Shown piece after piece: positions 18,907-29,066 of a stretch of 64,000 nucleotides of DNA. The stretch covers positions 82,311 through 146,310 of the IMG/VR virus record IMGVR_UViG_3300027741_000024; one strand, given 5' to 3'. The notes beneath the pieces were generated by a model that was given only the letters and a program-made list of their open reading frames with translations, searched no databases and was not told the origin of the DNA. The DNA comes from a virus. The position numbers and the translations under genes were made by a program. Numbering within the stretch: the stretch's first letter is position 1; each line of letters starts with the position of its first letter.

Positions 18907-20562
18907 ATGGCAACGAAGAAAATGAAAATAAATTTCAAGATGCCAACACCGACTGCTGCTGAGAGACTTCATGTTCAACAGCAAAAGAACAGGAAGGCCG
19001 CTGGTCTTCCTGATCCGTCCGAGTATAAAAAGAAACTTGATGCGATGAAGTCGGAAGAGGTTGAGCAGATTGATGAGATTTCTGCCGAACTCAAAGCATC
19101 GTATAAATCCAAAGCAAAAGATCAAATAAGACAAGCTAGACCTTTTACTAAAAAGGGTCACAGTGAGTATAGAGATATTGCAAAGAACTTTATTGCTAAA
19201 CGTCAAAAAGGTATTGCTAAAGCATCCAAAGTTGAAGAACAATTAGAGAAAAAAGGTCGCTTTGTGTCTGGACCAATAAAGCAACCATTTAAATCGGATA
19301 CTATTTTAACTTCGGTAAAAGAAGAACATTTGGTTCACGTTTCCGATGGTAGTAATTCACATTCTAAAGATGTAGAACATGTTAAGGCTGGTGCAAAAAT
19401 GCATGGTGGAGTATATCATGATGCTTCCGATAAAGGTGCATTTTTTAAATTTAATTCTCACAATGATGCCAAAAACTTTAAGCATCATGTAGACAAAGCA
19501 CCACACAAATCTGTTTATGCAGATTTGCATGAAGAAACTAAAGTTGAAGAAGGAGTTACAATTGGTGGCATGGTTGGTCGTGGAAACATTCATCAATACG
19601 ACAGAAATCCTGGTCCAAAAGATGGAAATGAATTAAAGAATGTACCATTTCATGCTAAGACAGAAAAACAAAAGAAGTTGCAGAATGCCTTAAACAATTT
19701 GGGGAAAAAGATGAAAGAGACACATCCAAAACTAAAAGAAGATTATGCGGATCCTATTACGATCATCAAAAAAGGTACAAACATAAAAAAGAAAATTAGT
19801 GCTAATGCATATGATATATTCAAGCATCATGGTTTTCGTAAAGAAGAAAAAGATTCTCATGAGTATGATTACGAAGGCGATATGGCAAAATCTGATTTGC
19901 GTTCAATTATGCATAATGCCAAAGAATTACATGACATGATTGAAGATGATACAAATCTAGCAGAATGGTGTCAAGCAAAGATTACACTTGCCGAAGATTA
20001 TTTGTCAACCGTTGCTAATTACATGCGTTCAGAAATGAATGAAGAAACGATGCAAGAAGATAAGAATGACTATCAGAGAAAGATTGAAAAGAATAATAAG
20101 AACTTTATTGCTGCATCCAAACGTCAAAAGAATCCCCTCACTAATGTTCATACAGCAAAACAAATAGAAAAAAACATGCAGCAGAAACCTGTAAAAGAAG
20201 AAGTAAAAGATGAATATGCACGTAAAGTTGACAAGTATTTAAAAAAGAAATATGGCAAAGATGATGTACCATTCAACAAACCATACAATAAAGATACTGG
20301 AACAACAACTGACAAATCTGGTGCTAAACACACTCCAATGTCCAAAGCAAGACATTTGGCACAACAAATGATGAAAAAAAATGCAGAGAAATCTGTTAAA
20401 GAATCTGCTGCTGAGCCAACAGAAGGTGAAATGAAAGATAAGCAACAAGGTTATTCACGCAAAGCACAGATTGTGAAAGATATTGCTAAAGGTAAGAAAT
20501 CCGACAATTCAGAAAAGTTTCAGAAAGATCCTGAGTTGTCAAGTGAAATTCATAAGACTTAA
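18907..20562 (+). CDS. modular Lys/Glu-rich internal-head-like protein
   Basis: EEVEQIDEIS module shared with ORF 17334; many V/L-K-E sites; EGDMAKSDL...EWCQAKITLAEDY module. Confidence 0.7.
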   Translation: MATKKMKINFKMPTPTAAERLHVQQQKNRKAAGLPDPSEYKKKLDAMKSEEVEQIDEISAELKASYKSKAKDQIRQARPFTKKGHSEYRDIAKNFIAKRQKGIAKASKVEEQLEKKGRFVSGPIKQPFKSDTILTSVKEEHLVHVSDGSNSHSKDVEHVKAGAKMHGGVYHDASDKGAFFKFNSHNDAKNFKHHVDKAPHKSVYADLHEETKVEEGVTIGGMVGRGNIHQYDRNPGPKDGNELKNVPFHAKTEKQKKLQNALNNLGKKMKETHPKLKEDYADPITIIKKGTNIKKKISANAYDIFKHHGFRKEEKDSHEYDYEGDMAKSDLRSIMHNAKELHDMIEDDTNLAEWCQAKITLAEDYLSTVANYMRSEMNEETMQEDKNDYQRKIEKNNKNFIAASKRQKNPLTNVHTAKQIEKNMQQKPVKEEVKDEYARKVDKYLKKKYGKDDVPFNKPYNKDTGTTTDKSGAKHTPMSKARHLAQQMMKKNAEKSVKESAAEPTEGEMKDKQQGYSRKAQIVKDIAKGKKSDNSEKFQKDPELSSEIHKT

Positions 20563-20569
20563 TCAATAA

Positions 20570-20577
20570 CATAAATA
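20570..20577 (+). promoter_or_regulatory. late-promoter-like CATAAATA
   Basis: Intergenic, upstream of the SD and ATG 20609. Confidence 0.55.
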
Positions 20578-20608
20578 ACAAACGAAATAGTTTTTTAGGA
20601 GAAAACAC

Positions 20609-21184
20609 ATGTCACTTTGGGGAAATTTAGATGCGTCAAATAACGCACCGTACTTCTCTGGTCTAACTGGTTACAAGACTTCAGTCAGTGTAGCCAATGC
20701 ACAGATAGATGCAGTATTCAATAACGTAACAATCAGTGCTACGGAAACAGCCGTAGCATTAGGTGTGTTTGCTGTTGATACCACAGAGATTCAAAATAAC
20801 ACTTCGGAAGATCACTCTGGCGCACATGCTGGTTGGATTGCTCGTCGTGCATTTACTGGTCCAATCACATCAATCACAGCAAATACAGGTGCTGTTGCCG
20901 TAAACAGTTATATCACGTTTACTGGTGGTTCTGCTGGTGCTGGTGCTGGATTGACTGGTAATACTGCTGCTAATGCTAGAATTTACGTAGATAGTAATAA
21001 TTTTATCGTAAATGTCACTCTGTTATCAGTTGGTTCATATGCTAACACACCCGTTGCCACTGCTAATCAAGGTAACGGTGTATTTACTATCACTATGGGT
21101 GGTCGTGCTAATCGTGTTCAGCAAGAGTGCCTGGTAGCGATGGGTTCTATGTCTGGCGATTCAGGTGGCGTTCCATATCCATAA
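20609..21184 (+). CDS. virion structural protein candidate
   Basis: MSLWG N-terminus, HAGW, GRANRVQQECLVAM; Ala/Gly/Thr/Asn-rich; late promoter. Confidence 0.65.
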   Translation: MSLWGNLDASNNAPYFSGLTGYKTSVSVANAQIDAVFNNVTISATETAVALGVFAVDTTEIQNNTSEDHSGAHAGWIARRAFTGPITSITANTGAVAVNSYITFTGGSAGAGAGLTGNTAANARIYVDSNNFIVNVTLLSVGSYANTPVATANQGNGVFTITMGGRANRVQQECLVAMGSMSGDSGGVPYP

Positions 21185-21189
21185 TCTGA

Positions 21190-21549
21190 ATGAACTTTAA
21201 AAGTTATCTCCAAGGACATGTAGAGGAATCTCCGTTCTCTGACCCACAAGTCAGAGCGGAGATTAATCATGCATTGGAAGCAGAGATAGATAGTACATTT
21301 ATGATGACACCAGAATCTGGTGTTCAACGAATGAGGAAAGTTCTATCACGTTATAGTATAGATTTTCCTGCATTCGAAGATTTAGATACAGATGGCGATG
21401 AAAGCATTTACGAATTAGATGCTAATGTTTATCTGTATTTCATTTATTATCTCACCGATGATGGTAATTACGAATTCCATGCTGAAATCACAGACGATGA
21501 AGGCATAGAAGAAATTCTGTCAGATGTGGAGGAAGATTCCGAAGAATAA
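21190..21549 (+). CDS. acidic hypothetical protein
   Basis: 119-aa ORF; N-terminus MNFKSYL. Confidence 0.7.
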   Translation: MNFKSYLQGHVEESPFSDPQVRAEINHALEAEIDSTFMMTPESGVQRMRKVLSRYSIDFPAFEDLDTDGDESIYELDANVYLYFIYYLTDDGNYEFHAEITDDEGIEEILSDVEEDSEE

Positions 21550-21941
21550 TGTCATTTGATAATTTAACTGATGAGAATGTCATACTCTATGCAGTAAAAG
21601 CATATGACACACCAAATTGTGTAATGAGTGAGTTTACTGAAGATATGAAGCGGTTGAATTATCTTAAACGTTTATTCCGAAGATATCGTAAACATGGTGA
21701 GATGCGTGAGCGTCTTATACTAAATCATATAGTAGTGTTAAACAATTTGTTTGGACCAGAAGTCACAACCAGATTGTTATTTTTTCGTATGTCAAAAGAC
21801 GATTATAGTGTAATGAAAACCTATTTGACCTTTTTGAATTTGATGCCAGAACGTGTCAAAGGAATAAATGGAAAAGATATTATATCATCAGATATTCAAA
21901 TTGACATGCCAGTAGCAGATGTACTTAGGACTCTAAAATGA
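21549..21941 (+). CDS. conserved T4-like phage hypothetical protein
   Basis: YLKRLFRRY...ERLILNHIVVLNNLFG. Confidence 0.75.
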   Translation: MSFDNLTDENVILYAVKAYDTPNCVMSEFTEDMKRLNYLKRLFRRYRKHGEMRERLILNHIVVLNNLFGPEVTTRLLFFRMSKDDYSVMKTYLTFLNLMPERVKGINGKDIISSDIQIDMPVADVLRTLK

Positions 21942-22687
21942 TAATTGGACCAGGAATAACAATTGGCGGTGGAATAAATGTGGACACTCAAATTCCATCA
22001 TACTCAATTGTTACAACTAATCTATTTGCCAACTACGATGCCGCTACAGGTATAAGTGGTAGCACATTTCTTGATAGTAGTGGTAATGGCCGTAATGCTA
22101 CCCTATTCAACACTCCTACAACTACAACGGTTAACGGAACAACAGTATTAATATTAACCAGTGCTTCAAGTCAATACTTTGGTTACACTACTGGTTATGG
22201 TACAAGTTTAGATTCTGCATTTACTTTTGATGTATGGTGTCGCAATTTATCAGGCAGCACGGCAGGAACATTAATTGGAGAGTGGAGTAACAACACATTT
22301 AGTAGTGGATGGACTGATGCACAGATGGGATTTAATGCCACACAAATTAATTGTGGAGTATATAATACTGGATATGCTACTGCACAGGCTAGTTGGAACA
22401 ATACAACGTGGTATAATATTGTAATGACTTATAATAGTGCTGCAGGTATTGCCACTTATGTTAATAACACAGCCGGTGCCACAAAAGCAGGAGCAAAACA
22501 AAATCCAAGTGGTACTGGCACATTCTTGAGTATGGGTAAACCTGATGGTGCCGGTGGTGGTTATCTAAACGGAGTCACTAATTATTTTAACGGATACATA
22601 GGCGTTTGGAAAATATACAATCGTGCTTTAACATCAATTGAAGTAACACAAAACTTTAACGCTTTGCGTGGAAGATACGGATTATAA
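21938..22687 (+). CDS. LamG/concanavalin A-like lectin-domain protein
   Basis: DSSGNGRNATL, FTFDVW, WYNIVMTY, YFNGYIG.WKIYNRALT..EV.QNFNA. Confidence 0.85.
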   Translation: MIIGPGITIGGGINVDTQIPSYSIVTTNLFANYDAATGISGSTFLDSSGNGRNATLFNTPTTTTVNGTTVLILTSASSQYFGYTTGYGTSLDSAFTFDVWCRNLSGSTAGTLIGEWSNNTFSSGWTDAQMGFNATQINCGVYNTGYATAQASWNNTTWYNIVMTYNSAAGIATYVNNTAGATKAGAKQNPSGTGTFLSMGKPDGAGGGYLNGVTNYFNGYIGVWKIYNRALTSIEVTQNFNALRGRYGL

Positions 22688-22690
22688 TCT

Positions 22691-22918
22691 ATGTCAAACG
22701 AATTCAAAAAACAATGTGGTGCTGGATATTATTGGTGCTCTACTGATAAAATTTGCAAACCACTTCAAGAAGATGGTATGGCTGGTGGTGCTCCTACCAA
22801 TGCTGTAGGCGGTGGTCAAGTTGCTGGTATCGGTGTCGGTCTACAAGGTGAACCTGGCCGCAAGAAAAATAAAATCGCAACATTCATTTCATACATGAGT
22901 AGAAAGATACCTAAATGA
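22691..22918 (+). CDS. small hypothetical protein
   Basis: CGAGYYWCSTDKICKP module plus PTNAVGGG. Confidence 0.65.
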   Translation: MSNEFKKQCGAGYYWCSTDKICKPLQEDGMAGGAPTNAVGGGQVAGIGVGLQGEPGRKKNKIATFISYMSRKIPK

Positions 22919-23355
22919 TGTGGATGATGCATCTGTTACCAGATTCATTTCTAATTTTCGTAATCAATGCACTATTGGTCACTGGACTAATTGGCATGGT
23001 GATAGGTTTTATTGGCGGTAAAATACCTTTTGTTGGAGCATATGCAACGATCATCAAGATAGTTTCAATTGTTCTTTTCTGTATTGGTTTGTACTGGAAA
23101 GGTGGTTACAGTGTAGAAGCAGATTGGCGTGAACGTGTTGCAGAGATGGAAGAAAAAGTAAAAATTGCAGAAGAGAAATCACGACAGACAAATGTGGTTA
23201 TTGAAACAAAATACCATGATAGAATCAAAAAGGTCACAGAAACTAGAGAGAGAATTGTCCAGACGATTAAAGAGAGGGAAAAAGTTATTGACGCAAAATG
23301 CGAACTTGATCCCGCAGTCATAAGCATCTTGAATGAGGCAGCAAAAAAACCATGA
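22915..23355 (+). CDS. inner-membrane spanin (Rz-like)
   Basis: N-terminal TM helices, periplasmic coiled coil, C-terminal Cys; precedes a lipoprotein and the endolysin. Confidence 0.7.
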   Translation: MMWMMHLLPDSFLIFVINALLVTGLIGMVIGFIGGKIPFVGAYATIIKIVSIVLFCIGLYWKGGYSVEADWRERVAEMEEKVKIAEEKSRQTNVVIETKYHDRIKKVTETRERIVQTIKEREKVIDAKCELDPAVISILNEAAKKP

Positions 23356-23612
23356 AAAAACTATTGATTCTTTTGTTGCTTGCAGGTTGCAGTACAACTG
23401 TGCCAGTGGCTCGTAAGTTTCCAGAAATACCTGATGTAATGATGGTACCTTGCCCGCCACTGTCACAGATCAAAGAAGGAACAACCAAGTTAAGTGAAGT
23501 AGTTGAGGTTGTTACGGATAATTATTTTGAATATCACAAGTGCAGTGATAAGAATGATTTGTGGATGGAATGGTTTAAAGCACAAAAAGAAATATTTGAT
23601 TCTGTAAAATAA
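23352..23612 (+). CDS. outer-membrane spanin lipoprotein (Rz1-like)
   Basis: Lipobox LLAGC; Pro-rich FPEIP..MVPCPPL; NY..YH.C. Confidence 0.8.
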   Translation: MKKLLILLLLAGCSTTVPVARKFPEIPDVMMVPCPPLSQIKEGTTKLSEVVEVVTDNYFEYHKCSDKNDLWMEWFKAQKEIFDSVK

Positions 23613-23624
23613 TAAGGATTAACA

Positions 23625-24239
23625 ATGGAATTAACAAAACAACAATTAAAACAATTACTTCCAAAAAATCCATACATTGATCAGTGGCATCATGCTCTGA
23701 GTCAATTGCTTCCGGATTATGAGATCAATACGCCAAAACGTATTGCATCATTCATGGCACAATGTGCTCATGAGTCGGGTGATTTTGTTTTTCTCTCTGA
23801 AAATTTAAATTACAAAGCAGAAAGTCTAGTTAAGATATTTGGAAAATACTTCAAAGATATTAACACGGCTAAAGCATACGAAAAGAAACCCGAAAAAATT
23901 GCCAACAAAATCTATGCAGATCGTATGGGTAATGGTAACGAAGCATCTGGTGATGGATTCAAATACCGAGGTCGTGGTCTAATTCAATTGACTGGTAAAA
24001 CAAACTATACATGGTTTGCAGCATCATTAGAAATTACACCAGAAGAAGCAGCAGAATACATGGGCACCTTTGAGGGTGCAGCACAATCAGCATGTTGGTT
24101 CTGGGAAACTAACAAACTGAATGAATGGGCAGATAAAGGTGACATTGAGAAGATGACTAAAATCATCAACGGTGGCACAATTGGACTTGAAGATCGTAAA
24201 AAACATTATGCACATGCACTTCACGTTTTAGGAGCATAA
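23625..24239 (+). CDS. GH19 (chitinase-like) endolysin
   Basis: AQCAHESG, ENLNY, YRGRGLIQLTGK.NY, SACWFW, INGG.IGLEDR. Confidence 0.93.
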   Translation: MELTKQQLKQLLPKNPYIDQWHHALSQLLPDYEINTPKRIASFMAQCAHESGDFVFLSENLNYKAESLVKIFGKYFKDINTAKAYEKKPEKIANKIYADRMGNGNEASGDGFKYRGRGLIQLTGKTNYTWFAASLEITPEEAAEYMGTFEGAAQSACWFWETNKLNEWADKGDIEKMTKIINGGTIGLEDRKKHYAHALHVLGA

Positions 24240-24243
24240 TACG

Positions 24244-24432
24244 ATGAGATATATACTACTTCTGTTGTTACCACTATCACTCTTTGCTTGCCAAGAACGA
24301 TATAGATATCCTTGTCAAGACCCTGAAAATTGGGAAACTAAACAGTGTCAAAAACCATATTGCACCGCAAATGGTACTTGTCCTGAAGATTTAAAACACT
24401 ATGTAAAAGATAAAATTGGAGAAATTAAATGA
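24244..24432 (+). CDS. small Cys-rich lipoprotein
   Basis: LFAC lipobox; RYPCQDP.NW...CQKPYC..NGTC. Confidence 0.7.
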   Translation: MRYILLLLLPLSLFACQERYRYPCQDPENWETKQCQKPYCTANGTCPEDLKHYVKDKIGEIK

Positions 24433-24875
24433 TATTTGCAAAAGAAAAATACACATCTGAAGAATTGAATGCTCGATTAAAGTTTTTCATCGGTATCATT
24501 CTCGGTTTAACACTTTTTGGTATTGTGTTCGTTGTTCTTTATAGTTTGATTTTTGTTACTCAACCTATGAATGGCATGAGTCCAGTGGATAATAAATTCT
24601 TTGAATTAATTATTCCTATTGCCACATTCTTGACTGGCACATTGTCGGGTATTATGTTAGCCGGTGATGACAAAGATTTGAGAGCAAAGGCAATTGATGC
24701 TGCTTCCAAACCTTATACACCACCACCTGAACCACAATCGGTTGCAAAATATGTACCTACTCCTGAACCTATGACACCACCTGCACCTTTTACTCCTGTA
24801 ATGGCAGTAGCAGAACCTGTTGTTGGATTTGGTGGTAAACCTGCACCTTTTCAACCCCCACATCCAGAGGTATAA
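24429..24875 (+). CDS. two-TM membrane protein with Pro-rich tail (holin candidate)
   Basis: Two hydrophobic segments; located in the lysis cassette. Confidence 0.55.
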   Translation: MIFAKEKYTSEELNARLKFFIGIILGLTLFGIVFVVLYSLIFVTQPMNGMSPVDNKFFELIIPIATFLTGTLSGIMLAGDDKDLRAKAIDAASKPYTPPPEPQSVAKYVPTPEPMTPPAPFTPVMAVAEPVVGFGGKPAPFQPPHPEV

Positions 24876-24876
24876 A

Positions 24877-25074
24877 ATGAAAAAAGAAATTTTAGTTGGT
24901 TCTATGATTTTGTTTTTACTCTTTGCACCTTTGACCAAAGCAGCCTTTGCTGCAGAAACAAAAAAGGTATGTGTTAAAGAGTTAGATAACAAAACCAAAA
25001 AACAAAAAGAAGTTTGTAAAACAATCAAAGTGCATAAAAAGTTAGAAGGCACTGAACTACCTACTAAAAAATAA
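24877..25074 (+). CDS. small secreted/basic protein
   Basis: GAGG SD; signal-peptide-like N-terminus; two Cys; Lys-rich. Confidence 0.65.
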   Translation: MKKEILVGSMILFLLFAPLTKAAFAAETKKVCVKELDNKTKKQKEVCKTIKVHKKLEGTELPTKK

Positions 25075-25505
25075 TGGAACAAATAGAAGTTGATCTAAAA
25101 GTGGATGTGAGTGTATTGAAAGAAAGAGTCAGTACACTCACTGAACTTTGTGCTAAAATGGACCGAGTTATTGAAAAACTTGCGGATAACCAATTGGATC
25201 TTGCTGGACAAATTTACCAAGACATGGATAAAAGAAAAGAGCAGACCGTGAGTGACATCAAAGAACTTCATTCCCGTATCACTACTACCGATAGAAATTT
25301 ATCCGATAAGATAGAACTTACCGAACGTAGGATTATGGATGAAATTAAATCTTTGCGTGAGTGTATAGATCAGCACAACGAAAAAGAAATATCTGACATG
25401 CAAAAACTATCACAATGGAAATGGATGATTGCTGGTGGTGTAATGGTATTTGCCTGGTTAGTTTCAAATGTTAAACTTGAGATGCTAGGTAAACTTTTTA
25501 ATTAA
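25074..25505 (+). CDS. coiled-coil protein with C-terminal TM anchor
   Basis: Heptad-rich body; WKWMIAGGVMVFAWLV. Confidence 0.7.
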   Translation: MEQIEVDLKVDVSVLKERVSTLTELCAKMDRVIEKLADNQLDLAGQIYQDMDKRKEQTVSDIKELHSRITTTDRNLSDKIELTERRIMDEIKSLRECIDQHNEKEISDMQKLSQWKWMIAGGVMVFAWLVSNVKLEMLGKLFN

Positions 25506-25506
25506 G

Positions 25507-25535
25507 TTGACTTTTGTGTGTGGTAGTGATATTAT
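25507..25535 (+). promoter_or_regulatory. sigma70-type promoter for primase (leaderless-like)
   Basis: TTGACT-17-TATTAT; ATG 6 nt downstream; no SD. Confidence 0.65.
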
Positions 25536-25541
25536 GAATGC

Positions 25542-26582
25542 ATGTCCCTTTCTACTGATTCAAAATACGTCCGTCTAATTTCTTCACGTTTGCGTAACTT
25601 CAAACAGAAGAATACTAATCTATGGAACTTTTCTTGTCCGTTCTGTGGAGATTCTCAAACAAACAAACTCAAAGCCCGTGGTTATGTTTTTGCCAGGGGC
25701 AATGATCTATTCTTTCGTTGTCACAACTGTGGAGCAGGTACGAATGTTGCCAATTTACTCAAGCAAGTCGATTCTTCATTACATGGAGAGTACATACTTG
25801 AAAGATACAAGTCGGGTGAATCCAATACATTCGTCCGCAAAAGTAACACTGCACCCACATTCAACATACCTGCACCAAGGTTCGGCAAACCAGAAAGACA
25901 AAGAGTATTTGAACACGCAGAGTGGGTATCAGACCTGCCAAGTGGACATTTTTGTCTAAACTATGTTGAGAATCGTTTATTACCAAAAGAAGTATACAAT
26001 CAATTACTATTCACTAGTAAGTATAAAGAGTTTTGTGATACACTGATACCAGATCATGGTAAGACTGTAATTGATGATGCACGATTGATTATACCATTCT
26101 TTGACAGAAACAATGAATTAGTTGCAGTCTCTGGTCGTGCATTAGAAACATCCGATAAGACTCTGAGGTATGTAACACTACGTACCAATGACAGTGATGA
26201 CAAACTTATCTATGGCATGGATAGAGTGAATTTGAATGAAACAGTGTACCTTGTTGAAGGTCCACTTGATTCTTTATTTCTAAAGAATTGTGTGGCATCT
26301 GGTGATGCAAACCTTTCATTAACAGCAAAAAATATTTCAGCAAAGAAATTGGTGCTGATTTTTGATAATGAACCAAGAAATAAAGAAGTATGTAAGATGA
26401 TTGAAAATGCCATTAAGTCCAATCATTATGTCGTTATCTGGCCTGACAACATGGATGGTAAAGATATCAATGAAATGATATTGAACGGGTTTTCAAATGG
26501 CGAAATCCAAGATATCATAGATAGTAATACATTTTATGGTTTGGAAGCAATAGCGAAGTTTACATTCTGGAAGAAATTATGA
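25542..26582 (+). CDS. gp61: DNA primase (T4 gp61-like)
   Basis: CPFCGDS...KARG...CHNCG zinc finger; VEGPLDSLF; FDNEPRN; KDIN. Confidence 0.96.
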   Translation: MSLSTDSKYVRLISSRLRNFKQKNTNLWNFSCPFCGDSQTNKLKARGYVFARGNDLFFRCHNCGAGTNVANLLKQVDSSLHGEYILERYKSGESNTFVRKSNTAPTFNIPAPRFGKPERQRVFEHAEWVSDLPSGHFCLNYVENRLLPKEVYNQLLFTSKYKEFCDTLIPDHGKTVIDDARLIIPFFDRNNELVAVSGRALETSDKTLRYVTLRTNDSDDKLIYGMDRVNLNETVYLVEGPLDSLFLKNCVASGDANLSLTAKNISAKKLVLIFDNEPRNKEVCKMIENAIKSNHYVVIWPDNMDGKDINEMILNGFSNGEIQDIIDSNTFYGLEAIAKFTFWKKL

Positions 26583-27244
26583 GCGTGAAATTAATTGGTA
26601 TTACTGCACCTTCTAATGACCATAAGTCAGCAGAAGATTTGATTGTTTACATGGCTAGGGTATCCAATCCCAGCAATCAAAACACTACACAGGGTAACGA
26701 CAAACTCATTCGTTATCTTATCAAAAATCAACATTGGTCTCCCATGGAGATGGTCAGTGTCGTAATGGAGATAAGCACAACCAGGGACATAGCAAGGCAA
26801 ATTTTGCGCCATCGTAGTTTTGCCTTTCAGGAGTTTAGTCAACGTTATGCAGAAGTTGATTTTGGTACTGCCGGTGACAATTGGGAACAACGTGAAGCAA
26901 GATTGCAAGACACAAAGAATCGTCAGAACTCTATTGAAGTCGATGATATTGGTTTACAAGAAACATGGAAAACACAACAAAGTTATGTAACATATGCAGC
27001 AGAGAAAGCATATCGATGGGCATTAAATAATGGTATTGCAAAGGAACAAGCAAGAGCAGTATTACCAGAAGGATTGACAAAATCAAAATTGTACATGAAT
27101 GGCACACTTCGTTCTTGGATTCACTACTGTCAATTACGTATAGAAAATGGAACACAGAAAGAACACATGGAAGTTGCAAAAGCATGTTGGAATATTATAG
27201 CAAAAGAATTTCCAAATGTGGCAGCAGCACTAGAACAACAATAA
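26579..27244 (+). CDS. thyX: flavin-dependent thymidylate synthase
   Basis: HWSPME, RQILRHRSFAFQEFSQRY, KEQARAVLP, TQKEH. Confidence 0.96.
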   Translation: MSVKLIGITAPSNDHKSAEDLIVYMARVSNPSNQNTTQGNDKLIRYLIKNQHWSPMEMVSVVMEISTTRDIARQILRHRSFAFQEFSQRYAEVDFGTAGDNWEQREARLQDTKNRQNSIEVDDIGLQETWKTQQSYVTYAAEKAYRWALNNGIAKEQARAVLPEGLTKSKLYMNGTLRSWIHYCQLRIENGTQKEHMEVAKACWNIIAKEFPNVAAALEQQ

Positions 27245-27257
27245 CAACGGAGATGAG

Positions 27258-29066
27258 ATGGTAGATATCAGCAGCATTAAGATAGACTTAGATCGTGATA
27301 AACTGTTTGACGAATTGGGAATTAAAAGACTACAAGAATCGTACATGAAAGAGGATGAGAAATCACCACAAGAAAGGTTTGCATATGTTTCAAAGGCATT
27401 TAGCAGTAATGATGGACACGCTCAAAGATTGTATGAGTATAGTAGCAATCACTGGTTATCTTATTCTACTCCTATTCTCTCTTTTGGTCGTTCTAAGCGT
27501 GGGTTGCCTATTTCTTGTTTTCTTCCTTATTTGGACGATTCCGCAGAGGGCTTGGTCAATACACTATCAGAAGTAAATTGGTTATCAATGCTAGGAGGAG
27601 GTGTTGGAATTGGTCTTGGGATTCGTTCGGCAGACGATAAATCAGTTGGAATCATGCCACATCTTCGCACATATGACGCATCATCTCTTGCTTATAGACA
27701 AGGTAGGACTCGTCGTGGTAGTTATGCTGCATACCTTGATATCAGTCACCCTGACATTATCAACTTTTTGGAAATGAGAAAGCCTACAGGCGATCCAAAT
27801 CTTCGTACATTAAATCTGCATCACGGTATCAATATCACTGATGACTTCATGTTATTGATTGAGAAGGCCATGCTTGATCCAGAGGCAGATGATTCGTGGG
27901 AGTTAAAAGACCCACATACACAAGAGGTACGTGAAACTGTATCGGCACGTGAATTATGGCAACGCATACTTGAAACACGTATGCTAACAGGTGAACCATA
28001 CATTCACTATATTGATACAAGTAATCGGTTGATGCCAGAGTTTCAAAAGAAATTAGGATTATCAATCAAACAGAGTAACCTTTGCTCAGAAATTATTTTA
28101 CCTACAGACAAACAACGAACAGCGGTGTGCTGTCTATCTTCAGTGAACTTGGAGTATTATGATGATTGGAAAAATGATAAACTTTTTCTGCGGGACGTTG
28201 CAGAGATGCTGGATAACGTACTTCAGCACTTTATTGACAATGCTCCTGATGCTATCAACAGAGCCAGGTTCTCTGCTATGCAGGAGCGCAGCATTGGTGT
28301 GGGCGCTCTTGGTTTTCATGCTCTTCTTCAGAAAAAGAATATCGCATTTGAATCGGCGTTAGCAAAATCAATCAACATGCAAGTGTTTAAACACATTAGA
28401 GGAAAACTAAACGATGCAAATCTTGAACTCGGTAATGAACGTGGTGAGGCACCAGATGCAAAAGGTACCGGACAGCGTTTTAGTCACCTTATGGCTATTG
28501 CTCCTAATGCTTCCTCTTCTATTATTATGGGCAACACCTCCCCATCTGTTGAGCCTTATAGAGCAAATGCATATCGCCAAGACACTCTTTCTGGTTCATA
28601 TCTAAACAAGAATAAGTTTTTAAATACAGTTATAGAAAGACATTTGAATCCTGATCCTGGTGGTACAATTGCTACAGAGGATTACAATGAAATCTGGTCA
28701 TCAATTATTGCAAATGATGGTTCAGTTCAACATTTAGATTGGATGCAACAATACACTAAAGATGTATTCAAAACATCTATGGAAATTGATCAACGATGGG
28801 TTATAGAACATGCAGCAGATAGGCAAAAATATATTGATCAAGCACAATCTATCAACTTATTTTTCAGACCTGATGTCAATGTGAAGTATCTTCATGCTTG
28901 TCATTTCTTGGCATGGAAGCAAGGGCTTAAAACTTTATATTATTGTCGTTCTGAAAAGTTAGCAAAGGCAGACAAAGTATCCAAAAAGATTGAACGTAAC
29001 ATTATTCAAGAGATTGATCTAAAATCTATAGCGGATGGAAATGAATGCCTTGCATGTGAAGGGTAG
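27258..29066 (+). CDS. nrdA: ribonucleotide reductase class Ia alpha subunit
   Basis: PISCF, SNLCSEI, VCCLSS, APNASS, DQAQS, KTLYY, C-terminal CLACEG. Confidence 0.96.
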   Translation: MVDISSIKIDLDRDKLFDELGIKRLQESYMKEDEKSPQERFAYVSKAFSSNDGHAQRLYEYSSNHWLSYSTPILSFGRSKRGLPISCFLPYLDDSAEGLVNTLSEVNWLSMLGGGVGIGLGIRSADDKSVGIMPHLRTYDASSLAYRQGRTRRGSYAAYLDISHPDIINFLEMRKPTGDPNLRTLNLHHGINITDDFMLLIEKAMLDPEADDSWELKDPHTQEVRETVSARELWQRILETRMLTGEPYIHYIDTSNRLMPEFQKKLGLSIKQSNLCSEIILPTDKQRTAVCCLSSVNLEYYDDWKNDKLFLRDVAEMLDNVLQHFIDNAPDAINRARFSAMQERSIGVGALGFHALLQKKNIAFESALAKSINMQVFKHIRGKLNDANLELGNERGEAPDAKGTGQRFSHLMAIAPNASSSIIMGNTSPSVEPYRANAYRQDTLSGSYLNKNKFLNTVIERHLNPDPGGTIATEDYNEIWSSIIANDGSVQHLDWMQQYTKDVFKTSMEIDQRWVIEHAADRQKYIDQAQSINLFFRPDVNVKYLHACHFLAWKQGLKTLYYCRSEKLAKADKVSKKIERNIIQEIDLKSIADGNECLACEG

